Source: the human T2T-CHM13v2.0 reference genome, Homo sapiens. Taken from it: DNA of 64,000 nucleotides. The translations under genes and the position numbers were made by a program. Within the stretch, counting starts at the first letter, position 1, and each line of letters opens with the position of its first letter. The DNA is taken from the NCBI RefSeq assembly GCF_009914755.1, contig NC_060925.1; one strand, written 5' to 3'. Under the pieces are notes generated by a model. The model did no database searches and was not told where the DNA came from. It saw only the letters and a program-made list of their open reading frames with translations. This document shows, in pieces, positions 40,700 through 53,952 of the stretch.

Positions 40700-43500
40700 A
40701 AGTATTTTTACATGCTCAAACTTCAGATAATTGTCAAATTATTAATGTCAAATTCAGAGAATTGTCACTAAGTACAGACATCATTATTACAACTTCCTAG
40801 ATTGTTATAGATAATCAGCACCTCACAAGTCATGCTTGTCTTCATAATCACTATTGAACCAAACATATATCAACATAAATATGATTTATATGCTATCAAC
40901 TTTCATATAAATGGAACTATACATTCTCCATGGTATCCTGTTCTGGAATTAAAACATTTATTCCTGTGTTGTTAGGAATAAAGTAGACCTTTACTTTGGT
41001 CTTCTTTTACTCATTAAAATATGTGAGATATCCATTAATGTTGCTGCAAGTAACAGAAGTTCATTGATCTTTATTGTCCAGTTTTATGTATATCCTATAA
41101 TGTAGTTATGCATTTTACTGTTGATGGACATTTTGGTTGTTCTGGTGTGAGGCTATTATAACTATTGCTGTCATAAGTATTGTTTTACATGAATGTAGTT
41201 TTTGCATATATATATATATAGAGAGAGAGAGAATTTTATTAGAGGTATAGCTGGGACTGGAATCACTTGATCATAGGGCATACCTATATTCAACCTGGGA
41301 AGATAATAATAATCAACATTCCAAAGAGGTTGCAACAATTCACACTCCACAAAACAGTGTGAAAGATACAGTTATTCCACACGCCCTCCAACTTTTGGTA
41401 TTTTCAGCTTTTAAACGTTAGCTATCCTAGGGAGTACATAGCTGTATCTTATTGTGGATTTTATTTCCCCTTTCCTAATGAGTAATGAATATATCTCTTG
41501 TTGTCTGCACTTTTTATCATTGATTTTTTTCTGTGATTATTATTTGCAAAAGCCTAATAAATCAAAGTCCACCAGAGAAAAGAACACAGTCTGACAAAGT
41601 TAGATTTACTGATCCGATAAAGCAAGACAGGAATTCCAGAGGAACTACAAAATCCCACTCCATAAGAGGGATTAGGGAAACCTCTTTTGTAAGGTTTGGC
41701 TTCTCACCAAATAATTCTTAGGAGGATCTAAGGAAAGTAAGAGTCAATTCTGATTCGTCTCTGTACCTGAGGTGGGTTTAGAAGCAGAGATTAACTACGG
41801 ATTGGGTACTGTCATGAGGCAAGGACAGCTTAGTGATTAGGTATTACCAGTATTAGACGGGACTGGCAAAGTGGCTCTAGGATGTCATTGAGAAAAAAAA
41901 AAAAGCATTAGGCATTAAAGAAAGGATTATTGCAGTATTTCACAGCTGCTGCAGGACTTTGGGACAAACAGCACTTGCAGTTAATTTTGTGCTGGCTTTA
42001 TCTGGGTCTGCCCTTCTGTTGTGATTAATGGTAAAGTTGCTTTTTCTGTTTTCAGTTCAAGTTGATTTTCACTCCTTTAGTTCTAGACAGGTTTTTACTC
42101 TTCATTGTATATTCTGGATACTAGTCTTTTTTGCCTTATGCAATGAGACGATCATCTACCATTTTCTGGCTTTCATTTTCTTTCTTTTAATAATGCTTTC
42201 TGAGGAGCAGAGGTCATTAATTTTAATGAAGTAAAATTCATCAATGTTTAGTTCAGCGTTAACGTTTGCTTCCTCCTGTTTAAGAAAAGTTTGCCTATGT
42301 AAAGTTCACGATCATATTTTTCTATACTGTCTTCTAGAAAACTTGTTATTTTATGTCTCACATGAAGTCTACAATTCATCTGGAATTGATTTTCATATAC
42401 AGCATAAGATCCTAGGAAATGAGATTAATTTTTCCTTCTTTGCATACAGATAGTCAAATTGTCAAACTGCTTTTATTGAAAATATGATTCCTTTTTTTCT
42501 GGATTCCAATGGCTCTTTTTGGCACAAATCAGGTAAATATATATATATATTCCTGTACAACATTCTTTTCCATGGGTCCATTTAGATATATTTCTACCAA
42601 TACTATATAATTTTAATTACTGTAGCAATATTATAAGTTTTAGAGATTGGCAAATATAAGTCCTCTAACCTTGTTCTCATCTTCAACTTTATTTTTAATT
42701 TTCTTTGTCAGTTTGCAATACACACACACACACACACACCATAAATGAAACCCTACTTGGATGATGATTAAAATTGCATTGCATCTAATATATCAATTTA
42801 AGGATATTTCCTAATATAAAAATGATCAGTCGCCCTAAACTTCAAACATGTTATAGCTCTTTTCATTTGCCTTTAAAAATTTTCTTTTAATGATATCTTG
42901 TGACCCTATCTAGTGAACTTGCATATATTTATATTTATTCCTAAATTTTGAAAATTATAATTTTTATAACTATGGGACTTTCACAGTAGATTTTGTAATC
43001 GTTCATTGCTGGTATATAGAAGCACACTAATTATTGTGTATTGATCTTACATTCATATACCTTGCTTAATTTATTTATTAATTCTCATGGAGTTTTCATA
43101 GATTTCATTGACATTTCTTACAAACATAATTCTATCACTGAGAAGGACACTTTATACCTTCTTCATGCTCCATCTTTTTACTTACATAAACTATTTTGGC
43201 CTTGAATAGAAGTAGAGGTATTGCAATCAAAGTAAAACCTTCTTGCCTGTTTTATTTAATCTCAGGAAAAATATTTTCAATATTTAATAAGTGTAGTATT
43301 TTGTCTTTTTTCTGCATAATTGTCATTTATTTATGATATGTCTTTATATTTATAGTTCACTGGTAGTTTTTACGTTAAAATTATATTAAATATTACCAAA
43401 TAATATGTTTCTTCTAGTTTTTATCAACAAACACTATCCACTAATTTGTTAAAATTATCTTAAATTTTACAAATGCCTTCCCTGTATGTATTCAAACTAT
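40700..43500 (-). mobile_element. Highly decayed L1ME-like sequence, interrupted by an LTR-like insert
   Basis: ttttactgttgatggacattttggttgtt..; attctggatactagtc..ttaattttaatgaagtaaaattcatcaat; ttgctggtatatagaa. Confidence 0.65.
41545..42054 (-). mobile_element. Probable old ERV LTR (family not assigned)
   Basis: ~510-bp GC-richer block interrupting the L1ME, bounded by tg..ca, with LTR-like antisense motifs (aaagttagatttactg, gtaaggtttggc, ggattgggtactgtca). Confidence 0.45.
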
Positions 43501-43537
43501 TAGTTTTTTTTATGTTATTTTGATATTAGTTGGCTGA

Positions 43538-43990
43538 TTTTAATCAACTTTGTTGAAGTACAATTTAATAAAATATTCTGCACACATGTATAATGGGTGT
43601 TTTAAATAATTTTGCCAATATATACTCCCTTCTAACCACAAAGACAATCAAATTTAGAATGTTTCTACCTTCCCAAAATGATGATAGATGATTGTTTAGT
43701 TGCAAATTTTCCCGCACCCCAACCTCATACAATATTGATTCATTAATTTTTTGTGACCTTAGATTATTATGCATTATGTAGAATTTCAAATATACATGGA
43801 ATCAGAATGTGTGGATTCTTTGTTTCTACTTTCTTTGATTCAGCATACTACTTTTGAGATTCATCTGTGTTTTTACATTTATTCTTTTTTGGACATTTTT
43901 ATTAGTAATATTCTAATTTATGCATATACCACAATTTGCTTATCCATTCACCATATATTTTTTGGATGGAATTGATGCATGCTTTCAATT
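43538..43990 (-). mobile_element. L1ME/L1MD-like 3' end
   Basis: caactttgttgaagtacaattt..aatcaaatttagaatgtttcta..gtagaatttcaaatatacatggaatcag. Confidence 0.7.
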
Positions 43991-44368
43991 TTTTTTTTAT
44001 ATATTTAGGGGGTACAAGTGCAGTTTTATTACATGGATATATTGTGTAGTGGTGAAGTCTGGGCTATTAATAAATCCTTCATGTGAATGGTGTACATTGT
44101 ACCTAATAGGTAATTTTTTATTGCTTATTATTCTCCCACCCTACCACCTTTTGGAGTCTCCGGTGTCTATTATTCCCCACCTTATATTCATTTGTGCCCA
44201 CGGTTTAGCTCACATCTTTAAGTGAAAACATGCCGTATTTGACTTTCTGTTTCTGAGCTATTTCAGTTAAGATAACGACCTTCAGTTCAATCAATGTTGC
44301 TACAAAAGACAGGCTTTCATGGTATTTTAATGACTATTATTCCATGGGATATATATGCCACATTTTTT
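43990..44368 (-). mobile_element. L1PB3/4-like 3' fragment
   Basis: tttagggggtacaagtgcagttttattacatggatatattgtgtagtggtgaagtctgggc. Confidence 0.82.
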
Positions 44369-47300
44369 TTCTTTTTTTAATTAACTTTTATTTTAGATAC
44401 AGGGGTGCATGCACAGGTTTCCTCGCACAAGACTATTGTGTGATTCTGAGGTTTGGTGTATGAATCACACAAGAAGTGAGAATAGTACCTGGTAGGTGGT
44501 TTTTTAACCTACTACCTCCTCTCCTTATTCTAGTAGTATACAATGTCTATTGTTTCTATATGTATGTCCATGTGTGCTTAATGTTTAGCTGTCACATATA
44601 AGTGAGAATACGTAGTATTTGCTTTTCTGTTTCTGTATTAATCTTCTTAAGATTATGTTCTTCAGCTCCATCCATATTGCTGCAAAGAACATGATTTCAC
44701 TCTTTTTATGGCAGCATAGTATTTCGTGGTGTATATGTACCACATTTCCTTTATCCAATCTGCTATTCATGGGCACCTGGGTTGATTCCATGTATGCTAC
44801 TGGGAATGGTGCAGTAATGCACAAATGAGAATGATTTATTTCCCTTTGAGTGTATACCCAGTAATAATATTGCTGGGTCAAATTGTAGTGCTGTTTTAAG
44901 TTTCTTGAGAAATCTCCAGACTGCTTTCCAAAGTGGCTGAACTAATCTGCATTCCCCCTAACAGGGTATCAGTGTTTTCTTTACCTTTTCCTTTTCCTTT
45001 TCTCAGCATCTGTTATTTTTTAACTTTTTAATAATTGCTATTCTGACTAGTGTGAAATGGCATCTCATTGTGGTTTTGATTTTCATTTCTCTGATGATTA
45101 GTGATGCTGAACATTTTTTTCAATGTGCGTGTTGGTCACTTGTATGATTTCTTTTGAGAAGTGTCTTTTCATGTTCTTTGCGCATTTTCTTTTGGGGGGG
45201 TTATTTCTTTTTTTGCTTGTTGATTTGTTTAACTTACCTACAGATTCTAGAAATTAGGGCTTTGTTTGATGTATTATTTGCAAATATCTTCTCCCATTCT
45301 TTAGGTTGTCTATCTACTCTGTTGATAGTTTCTTATGCTGTTCAGAAGCTCGTTTGTTGAATTAGTTCCCACTTGTCAATTTTTATTTTTGTTGTAATTG
45401 CCTTTGGGGACTTAATAAAATTCTTTTTGCTAAAGCCAATGTTGAGAAAAGTATTTCCTGGATTGTCTTCCAGGATTTTTATGGTATAAGGTACTACATT
45501 TAAATTCTGATCCACTCTGAGTTAATTTGTGGAGGAGGAGAGGTAGGGGTCCAGCTTCAATCTTTTGCATATGGCTAGCCAGTTTCCACAGCACCATTTA
45601 TTCAATAGGGGGTCCTTTTCCCATTGCTTGTTTTTGTTGGACTTGTCGAAGATCAGATGGTTGTAGGTGCATGGCTTTATTCTGGATATTCTTCTGTTCT
45701 CTTGGTCTTTGTTTCTGTCTTACACGCATACCAACTGTTTTAGTTACTGTGGTCTTGTAGTATAGTTTGAAGTCAGGTAATGTGATGCCTCTGGCTTTCT
45801 TCTTTTTGCTTAGGATTGCTTAAGCTATGTAGGCTTATTTTGGGCTCTACATGAGTTTTAGAATAGTTTATCCCAATTCTGTGAAGAATGTCATTGGTAG
45901 TTTGATAGGGATAGCATTGAATCTGTAAATTGTTTTGGGTAGTATGGTCATTTTCACAATATTGATTCTTAAAATCCTTGAGCATGGAATATTTTTTCAT
46001 TTATTTGTATTTTCTCTGATTTCTTTCAGCAGTGCTATATAATCCTCCTTGCAGAGATCTTTTATCTCTTTGTTTAGCTTTATTCCTAGGTGTTTCATTT
46101 TCTGTATGGCTATTCTATGGGTAACTGTGTTCTTGATTTCACTTTCAGCCTAGATATTGTTGGTGTATAGAAATGCTACTGATTTTTGTGCATTGATTTT
46201 GTATACTGAAATTCTACCAAAGTCATTTACAAGTTATAGAAGTCTTTTGGGAGCATGTTTAGGATTTTCCATATGGAGAATCATATCATCAGCAAACAGA
46301 GATAGTGTGACTTTTTCTTTTCCTATTTAGATGTCTTTTATTTCTTTCTATAGCCTGGTTGCTTCTGCTAGGACTTCAAGTACTATGTTGAATAAGAGTG
46401 GTAAGAGTGGGCATCCTTGTCTTGTTCCAGCTCTCAGTGGGAATGGTTTGAGCTTTTGCTCATTTAGTATGCTGTTGACTGTGGGCTTGTCATTGATGGT
46501 GCTTACTTTGAAGTATGTTTTAACAATGAAAGAATATTGAATTTTATTGAAAGCTTTTTCTGCATATATTGAGATGATCATATGGTTTTGATTTAATTCT
46601 GTTTATGTGGTGAATCACATTTATTCATTTGCATATGTTCAACCAACCTTATATCAAAGAAAGAAAGCCTACTCCATTGTGGTAAATTAAATTTTGATGT
46701 GTTGCTGAATTTGGTTTGGTAATGTCTTGATGAGGATTTTTGCATCTATATTTATTAATGTTATTGGTCTTAGATTCACAGTTTTTATTGTGTTTCTGCC
46801 AATAAACACAAAATCAGTCTGATTTTGGTATCAGACTGATGCCAGCTTCATAGAATGACTTAGAGAGGAGCCCCTCTTCCTTTATTTTCTAAAAGAGTTT
46901 CAAAGGATTGGTATCCGTTCTTCTCTGTATATCTTGTAAAATTTGGCTCTGAATACATCTGGTCCAGGGCTTTTTTATTAGTTGCTAGGTTCTTTGCTAT
47001 TAATTCAATGTCACACGTTGATATTGGTCTATTCATGGTTTCCACCTCTTCCTGATTTAATCTTTGGAATCTTGGGAGATTGTGTGCTTCTAGGGAATTT
47101 AGGCATTTCCTCTAGGTATTCTAATTTATATGCATAGAGTTGTTCACAGTAGTAGTCTCTAGGGATCTTCTGTATTTCTATGGGATCAGTTGAAATATTG
47201 CCTTTGTTCTTTCTGACTGTGCTTATTTGGATCCTCTCTTTCTTTATTTTTGTTCATCGAGCTAGGGGTCTATTAGTCTTATTTATTATACCAAAGAATC

Positions 47301-48664
47301 AACTCTTAGTTTCATTGGTCTTTTGTATAGGTTTTTGCATCTCAATTTTATTAGGTTCTTATCTAATTTTAGTTATTTGTTTTCTTCTGCTAGCATTGGA
47401 ATTGGTTTGTTATTTTTTTCTAGTTCCTTTAGATGCAGTTAGATTACTAACTTGTGATCTTTCTAACTTCTTGATGAAGGCATTTTAGGGCTATCGTCTT
47501 TTCTCTTAATACTGCTTTGGCTGCATTCCAGAGATTTTGGCAAGTTTGTTCCTTATATTTACTAATTTAATTTTTTTTAACTTTCTGCCTTAATTTTTAT
47601 GTTCATCCAGGAGTTTTTCAGGCCACGTTGTTTAATTTTCATGTGTTTGTGTAGTTTTGAGAGATCTTCTTCTTGATATTGATTTCTATTTTTCTTTTAC
47701 TGTGGTCTGAGAGTGTGCTTGCTATGATTTTATTTTTTTGGAATTTATTGAGACTTGCTTTATGACCAAGTGATATATCTTGGATGTGTGTCCCTGCCCA
47801 AATCTCATATTAAAATGTAATTCCCAAACTGGAAGTGGGGCATTGTAGAAGGTGACTGAATCATGGGGGGCAGGAGCAGATTTCTCATGAATAGTTTACT
47901 ACAATCCCTTTTTACACAGTCCCCATGATAGTGAATGAATTCTCCTAAGGTCTGGTCATTTAAAAGTGTGTAGCACCTCACTCTTTTGCTCATGTTCTAG
48001 CCATGTGATGTTCCTGCCCACCCGTCACCTTCTGCCATGATTGTAAGTTTCCTGAGGGCTCCTCAAAGCTGAGTGGACACCAGCTTTATTCTTCCTGTAC
48101 AGCCTGCAGAACTGCGAGCCAATTAAACCTCTTTGTTTTTATAAATTACCTAATATCAGCTATGTCTTCATAGAAATATGAGAATGCACTAACATAGAAA
48201 ATTTGAATTAAGGAGTGGGAAATTTCTATAAAGATACCTGAAAACGTGGAAGCAGCTTTGGAACTAGGTAACAGGCAGAAGTTGGAAGTCGTTGAAAGGC
48301 TCAGAAAAAGACAGGAAAATAAGGGAAAGTTTAGAACTTCCTAGAGACTGATTAAATGGTTGTGACCAAAATGTTGATAGTGATATGGACAGTGAGGGCC
48401 AGGATGATGAGGTCTCAGATATAAATAAAGAACTTATTGGAAACTGGAGCAAAGGTAATTTTTGTTACATCTTAGCAAGGAATTTTACTGCATTGTGCAC
48501 CTGTCCTAGGAATATGTGGAACTTTGAACTTTCAGTGATGATTTAGGTATCTGGAAGAATAAATTTCTAAGCAGCAAGACATTCAAAATGTGGCCTGGAT
48601 GCTTCTGACAACCTATGCTCAAAGCAGCGTCAAAGAAATGACTTAAAGCTGGTACTCATATTTA

Positions 48665-50367
48665 TTTATTTAGTTGATTAGTTAGTTGGTTATTTTAACT
48701 TCTATTTTAAGTTCAGGAGTACATGTGCACATTTACTATATGAGTAAACTCATGTCATGGGGGTTTTGTTGTACAGATTATTTCATCATTCAGTATTAAG
48801 CCTAATACTCATTTGTTATTTTCCCCGATCCTCTCCCTCCCACAAACCTCTGCCCTTTGGTAGGCCCCAGTGTCTGTTGTTCCCTTCTATGTGTTCATGT
48901 GTTCTCATCTTTTAGCTCCCACTTATAAGTAAGAACATGCAATATTTTGTTTTATGTTTCTCTGTTAGTTTGCAAAGAATAATGGCTTCCAGCTCCATAC
49001 ATGTTCCTGCAGAGGCCATGATCTTATTTTTCATAGCAATGTGGTATTCCATGGTGTATAAGTACCACATTTTCTTTATCCAGTCTACCATTAATGGGCA
49101 TTTAGGTTGATTTCATATCTTTGCTATTGTGAATAGTGCCGCAATGAACATATGTGTGCATGTGTCTTTATGATATAATTATTTATATTCCTCTGGGTAT
49201 ATACCAAGTAATGGGATTGCTGGGTCAAATGGTAGTTCTATTTATAGGTCTTTGAGGAATCACCACAGTTTTCCACAATGGTTGAACTAATTTACACTCC
49301 CACTAATAGTGTATAAACATTCCTTTTTTTCTACAAACTTGCCAGCACCTGTTATTTTTTAACTTTTTAATAATAGTCATTCTGACTGGTATGAGATTGT
49401 ACATTGTCATTTTGATTTGTATTTTTCTATTGATCAGTGATATTGAGAGTTTTTTATACATTTCTTTGCCACATGTATATCTTCTTTTGAGAAGTGTCTG
49501 TTCATGTCATGTCCTTTGCCCACTTTTTAATTTTTTGTTTTTGGAAATTTGTTTAATTTCCTTACAGATGCTGGATATTAGACCTTTGTCAGATCCATGG
49601 TTGGCAAATATTTTCTCCCATACTGTAGGATGTCTATTTATTCTGTGGATAGTTTCTTTTGCTGTACAGAAGCTCTTTAGCTTAATTTGATCCCATTTGT
49701 CCATTTTTACTTTTGTTGCTATTCCTTTTTATGTCTTTATAATGAAATCTTTGCTCATTACTATGTACTGAATGACATTGTCTAGGTTGTCTTCCAGGAT
49801 TCTTATAGTTTTGGGTTTTACATTTAAGTTTTTAATCCATTTTGATTTGATTTTTGTATATGGTGTAAGCAAGGAGTCCAGTTTCAATCTTCTGTGTATG
49901 GCTAGTCAGTTATCCCAGCAGCATTTACTGAACAGGGAAATCTTTTCTGATTGCTTTTTTTTTTTTCAGCTTTGTCAAAGATCAGATACTTGCAGATGTG
50001 TGACCTGATTTCTGGGCTCTCTCTTCTGTCCCATTGGTCTATGTATCTGTTTTTGTACGATTACCATGCTGTGTTGGTTACTGTAGCCCTGTAGTATAAT
50101 TTGAAGTTGGGTAGTGTGATGCCTCTAGCTTTGTTATTTTTGCTTAGTATTGCTTTGATCATTAAGGCTCTTTTTGTTTTTATATAAATTTTAAAATAGT
50201 TTTCTGCAATTCTGTAAAGAATACCATTGGTAGTTTGATAGCAATATCATCGAATCTATGAATTGCTTTGGGCAGTGTGGCCATTTTAATAACATTGATT
50301 CTCCCTATATATGAGTGTGGAATATTTTTCCATTTGTTTGTGTCATTGCTTATTTCTCTGAGCAGTG
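48665..50367 (-). mobile_element. 5'-truncated L1PA13-15-like element nested in MST-int
   Basis: Antisense 3'UTR taagttcaggagtacatgtgc..tcatggggg..tattaagcctaatac; ORF2 remnant [18 protein letters not shown]; degenerate TSD tggtactcatattta (48650-48664) / tggaatttacattta (50368-50382). Confidence 0.9.
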
Positions 50368-51694
50368 TGGAATTTACATTTAAAAGAGACGCAAGGAATA
50401 AAAGTTTGGAAAATTTGCAGCCTGGTCATGTAGTAGAAAAGAAAAGCACATTTTCAGGGGAGGGATTCAAGCAGGCTGTGAAAATTTGCATAAGAAAAAG
50501 GAGCAAAGTGCTAATAGTCAAGACAACAGGGAAAAGGCCTCAAAGGCATTTCAGAGATCTAAGGTGCATCCTTTCTCATCACAGACCCTGAGGCATAGGA
50601 GGATAGAATGGTTTCATGGCCAGTCCCAGGACCCCTCACCCCTCCACGGCCTTGTACATGGCTTTCTGTATCCTGGCCACTCCACCTCCAGCCATAGATC
50701 AAAAGGACCCAAGTACAGCTGGGGCCACAGCTCCAAAGGGTGCAAACCATAATCCTTAGAAGCTTCCACATGGTGTTAAGCCTCTGGGTACACAGAGTGC
50801 AAGAGCGAATTAGGCTTGGGAATCGCTGCCTAGATTACAGAAGATGTATGTAAAAGCTTGTATGTCTAGGAAGAAGTGTGCTCTAGGGGCAGATCCCTCA
50901 TATAGAACCTCTACTAAGGCAATCCAAAGGAAAATGTGGGGCCAGAACCCCTACCCGCACTGAGTTCCCACTGGGGCATTGTCTGGTTGAGCTATGAGAC
51001 AAGGGCCACCTCACTCCAGAGCCCAGAATGGCAGATCTGCTGACAGCTTGCACTCTTTGCATGAAAGAGCTGCAGGCATTCCACAATCTGTGAAGGCAGC
51101 CTCTAGGGCTGAACCCTGAAAAGCCACAGGAGTGGAGCCGTCCAAGGCCCTGGGAGCCTACCTCTCATGTCAATGTGCCTGGGATTTGGGACATGGAATC
51201 AAAAGATATTACTATAGAGTTATAAAGAAGATTTATTGACAGCCCTGCTGGGTTTTGGACTTGTGTGGGACCTGTAGCCCCTTTCCTTTGGCCAACTTCT
51301 CCTTTTTGGAAGGGGAATATTTACACAGTGCTTGAACTCCCGTGGTATTTTGGAAGTAACTAACTTCTTTTTTATTTTATAGGCTCATAGGTGGAAGGGA
51401 CTTGCATTGCCTCAGATGAGACTTTGAACTTGTCAGTTAGGGCTGGAATGCATTAAGATGTTGGGGATTATTTGGCAAGGCATGATTGTATTTTGAAGTG
51501 TGGGAAGGACATGATATTTGGGAGGGTCAAGGGGCAGAATGATATAGTTAGAATGTGTGTCCCTCCCTAGATCTCATATTGAAATGTAATCCCCAGTGTT
51601 GGAGGTGGGACCTGGTGGGAGGTGATTGATTCATGGAAGCAGATTTCTCATGAATGGTTTACCACAATCCCTCCTTGTACTGTCTTCATGATAG

Positions 51695-53952
51695 TGTATT
51701 AATCCATTTTCATGCTGTTGATAAAGACATACCCAAGGCTGGGCAATTTATAAAAGAAAGAGGTTTAATGGTCTTACAATTCCACATGGCTGGGGAGGCC
51801 TCACAATCATGGTAGAAGGCAAGGAGGAGCAAGTCACATCTTACGTGGGTGGCAGTAGGCAAAGAGAAAGCTTGTGCAGAGAAGCATCCCCTTACAGAAT
51901 CATCAGATCTCATGAGACTTATTCACTATTAGGAGAACAGCATGGGAAAGACCTGCCCCCATGATTCAATTACCTACCACTGGGTCCCTCCCACAATATG
52001 TGGGAATTCAAGAGGAGATTTGAGTGAGGACACAGCCAAACCATATCATTCTAACTCTGGCCCCTCCCAAATCTCATGTCGTCACATTTCAAAACCAATC
52101 ATACCTTCCCAACAGTCCCCCAAAGCCTTAACTCATTTCAACATTAACTCAAAATCTACAGTCCAATGTGTCATCTGAGACAAGGCAAGTCCCTTCTGCC
52201 TAACAGCCTGTAAAATCAAAAGCAAGTTAGTTACTTCCTAGATACAATGAGGATAAAGGCATTGGGCAAATACAGCCATTCCAAATGGGAGATATTGGCC
52301 AAAACAAAGGGGCTACCGGCCCCATGCAAGTCTGAAACCCAGCAGGGCAGTCAAATATTAAAGCTCCAAAATGATTTCCTTTGACTCTATGTCTCACATC
52401 CAGGTCATGCTGATGCAAGAGGTGGTTCCATGGCCTTGGGCAGCTCCACCCCTGTGGCTTTGCAGGGTACAGCACCCTCTCCTAGTTGCTTTCACAGGCT
52501 GGTGTTGAGTGTCTGCAGCTTTTCCAGGTTCACAGTGCAAGCGGACAGTGTATCTACCATTCTGGTGTCTGGGGAACTTTGGTCTTCTTCTTACAGCTCC
52601 AGTAGGTGGTGCCCCAGTAGGGACTTTGTGTTGGGGCTCCAAACCAACATTTTCTTTCTGCACTGCACTAGCAGAGGTACTCCATGAGGGTCCCACCCCT
52701 GCAGCAAACTTCTGCCTGTGAATCCAGGCATTTCCATACATCCTCTGAAATCTAGGCCAAGGTTCCAAAACCTCAGTTCTTGACTTCTGTGCACCTACAA
52801 GCTCAACATCACAGGGAAGCTGCCAAGGCTTGTGGCTTCCACCCTCTGAAGCAACAGCCCAAGCTGGACCTTGGCCCCTTTTAGTAACATCTGGAGCAGC
52901 TGGGACTTAAGGCACCAAGTCCCTAGACTGCACACAGCAGAAGGACCCTGGACCTGGCCCAGGAAACTATATTTTTTTCCTCCTAAACCTCCAGGCCTGT
53001 GATGAGAGGGGCTGCTGCAAAGGTTTCTGACATGCCCTGGAAACATTTTCCCCATTATCTCGATGATTAACATTCAGCTTCTTGTTACTTATGCAAATTT
53101 CTTCAGCCAGCTTGAATTTCTCCTCAGAAAATGGGATTTTATTTTCTATCACATTGTCAAGATGCACATTTTCCAAACTTTTATGCTCTATTTCTTTTTT
53201 AAATCTAAATGCCTTTAACAGCACCAAGTCACATATTGAATGCTTTGCTTCTTGGAAATTTCATCTGCCAGATAACCTAAAACATCTCTCTCAAGTTCAA
53301 ACTTCCACAAATTCGTAGATCAAAGGCAAAATGCCACCAGTCTCTATGCTAAAACATAACGAGTCACATTTGCTCCAGTTTCCAACAAGTTTTTCATCTC
53401 CATCTGAGAACACCTCAGCCTGAATTTCATTGTCTATATAATTACCAGCATTTTGATCAAAGCCATTCAATAAGTCTTTAGGGAGTTCCAAACTTTCTTA
53501 CATTTCCCTGTCTTATGAGCCCCCCAAATTGTTCCAACCTCTGCCTCTTACCCAGTTCCAAAGTTGCTTCCACATTTTCAGGTATCTTTTCAGGAGCACC
53601 CCACTTGTGGTACCAATTTACTCTGTGAGTCCATTTTCACATGCTGATAAAGACATACCCAAGACTGGGGAATTTACAAAAGAAAGAGGTTTAAGCCACT
53701 CAGTCCACATGGCTGGGGAGAATCACAGTCATGTCAGAAGGTGAAAGACATGCCTCACATGGTGGCAGAAAAGAGAAGAGAGGGGAGATTTCCATTTTTA
53801 AAACCATCAGATCTCGTGAGACTTATTCACCATCATGAGAACAGTACGGGAAAGACCTGCCCCCGTGATTCAATTACCTCCCACCGGGTCACTCCCACAA
53901 CACCTGGGAATTCCAGATGATATTTGGGTGGGGACACAGTCAAGCCATATCA
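51695..53952 (-). mobile_element. Complete THE1 (THE1B-like) provirus nested in the MST 3'LTR: LTR 51695-52048, internal 52049-53621, LTR 53622-53952
   Basis: Two LTRs (..gataaagacatacccaag..ccatatca); THE1-int ORF remnants (PWPRFQRMYGNAW; MELPKDLLNGFDQNA); TSD gatag 51690-51694 / gaaag 53953-53957. Confidence 0.93.

Noticed and set aside
52227-53491. Dense ORF cluster on both strands
   Set aside because: Fragments of the THE1 internal region, frameshifted
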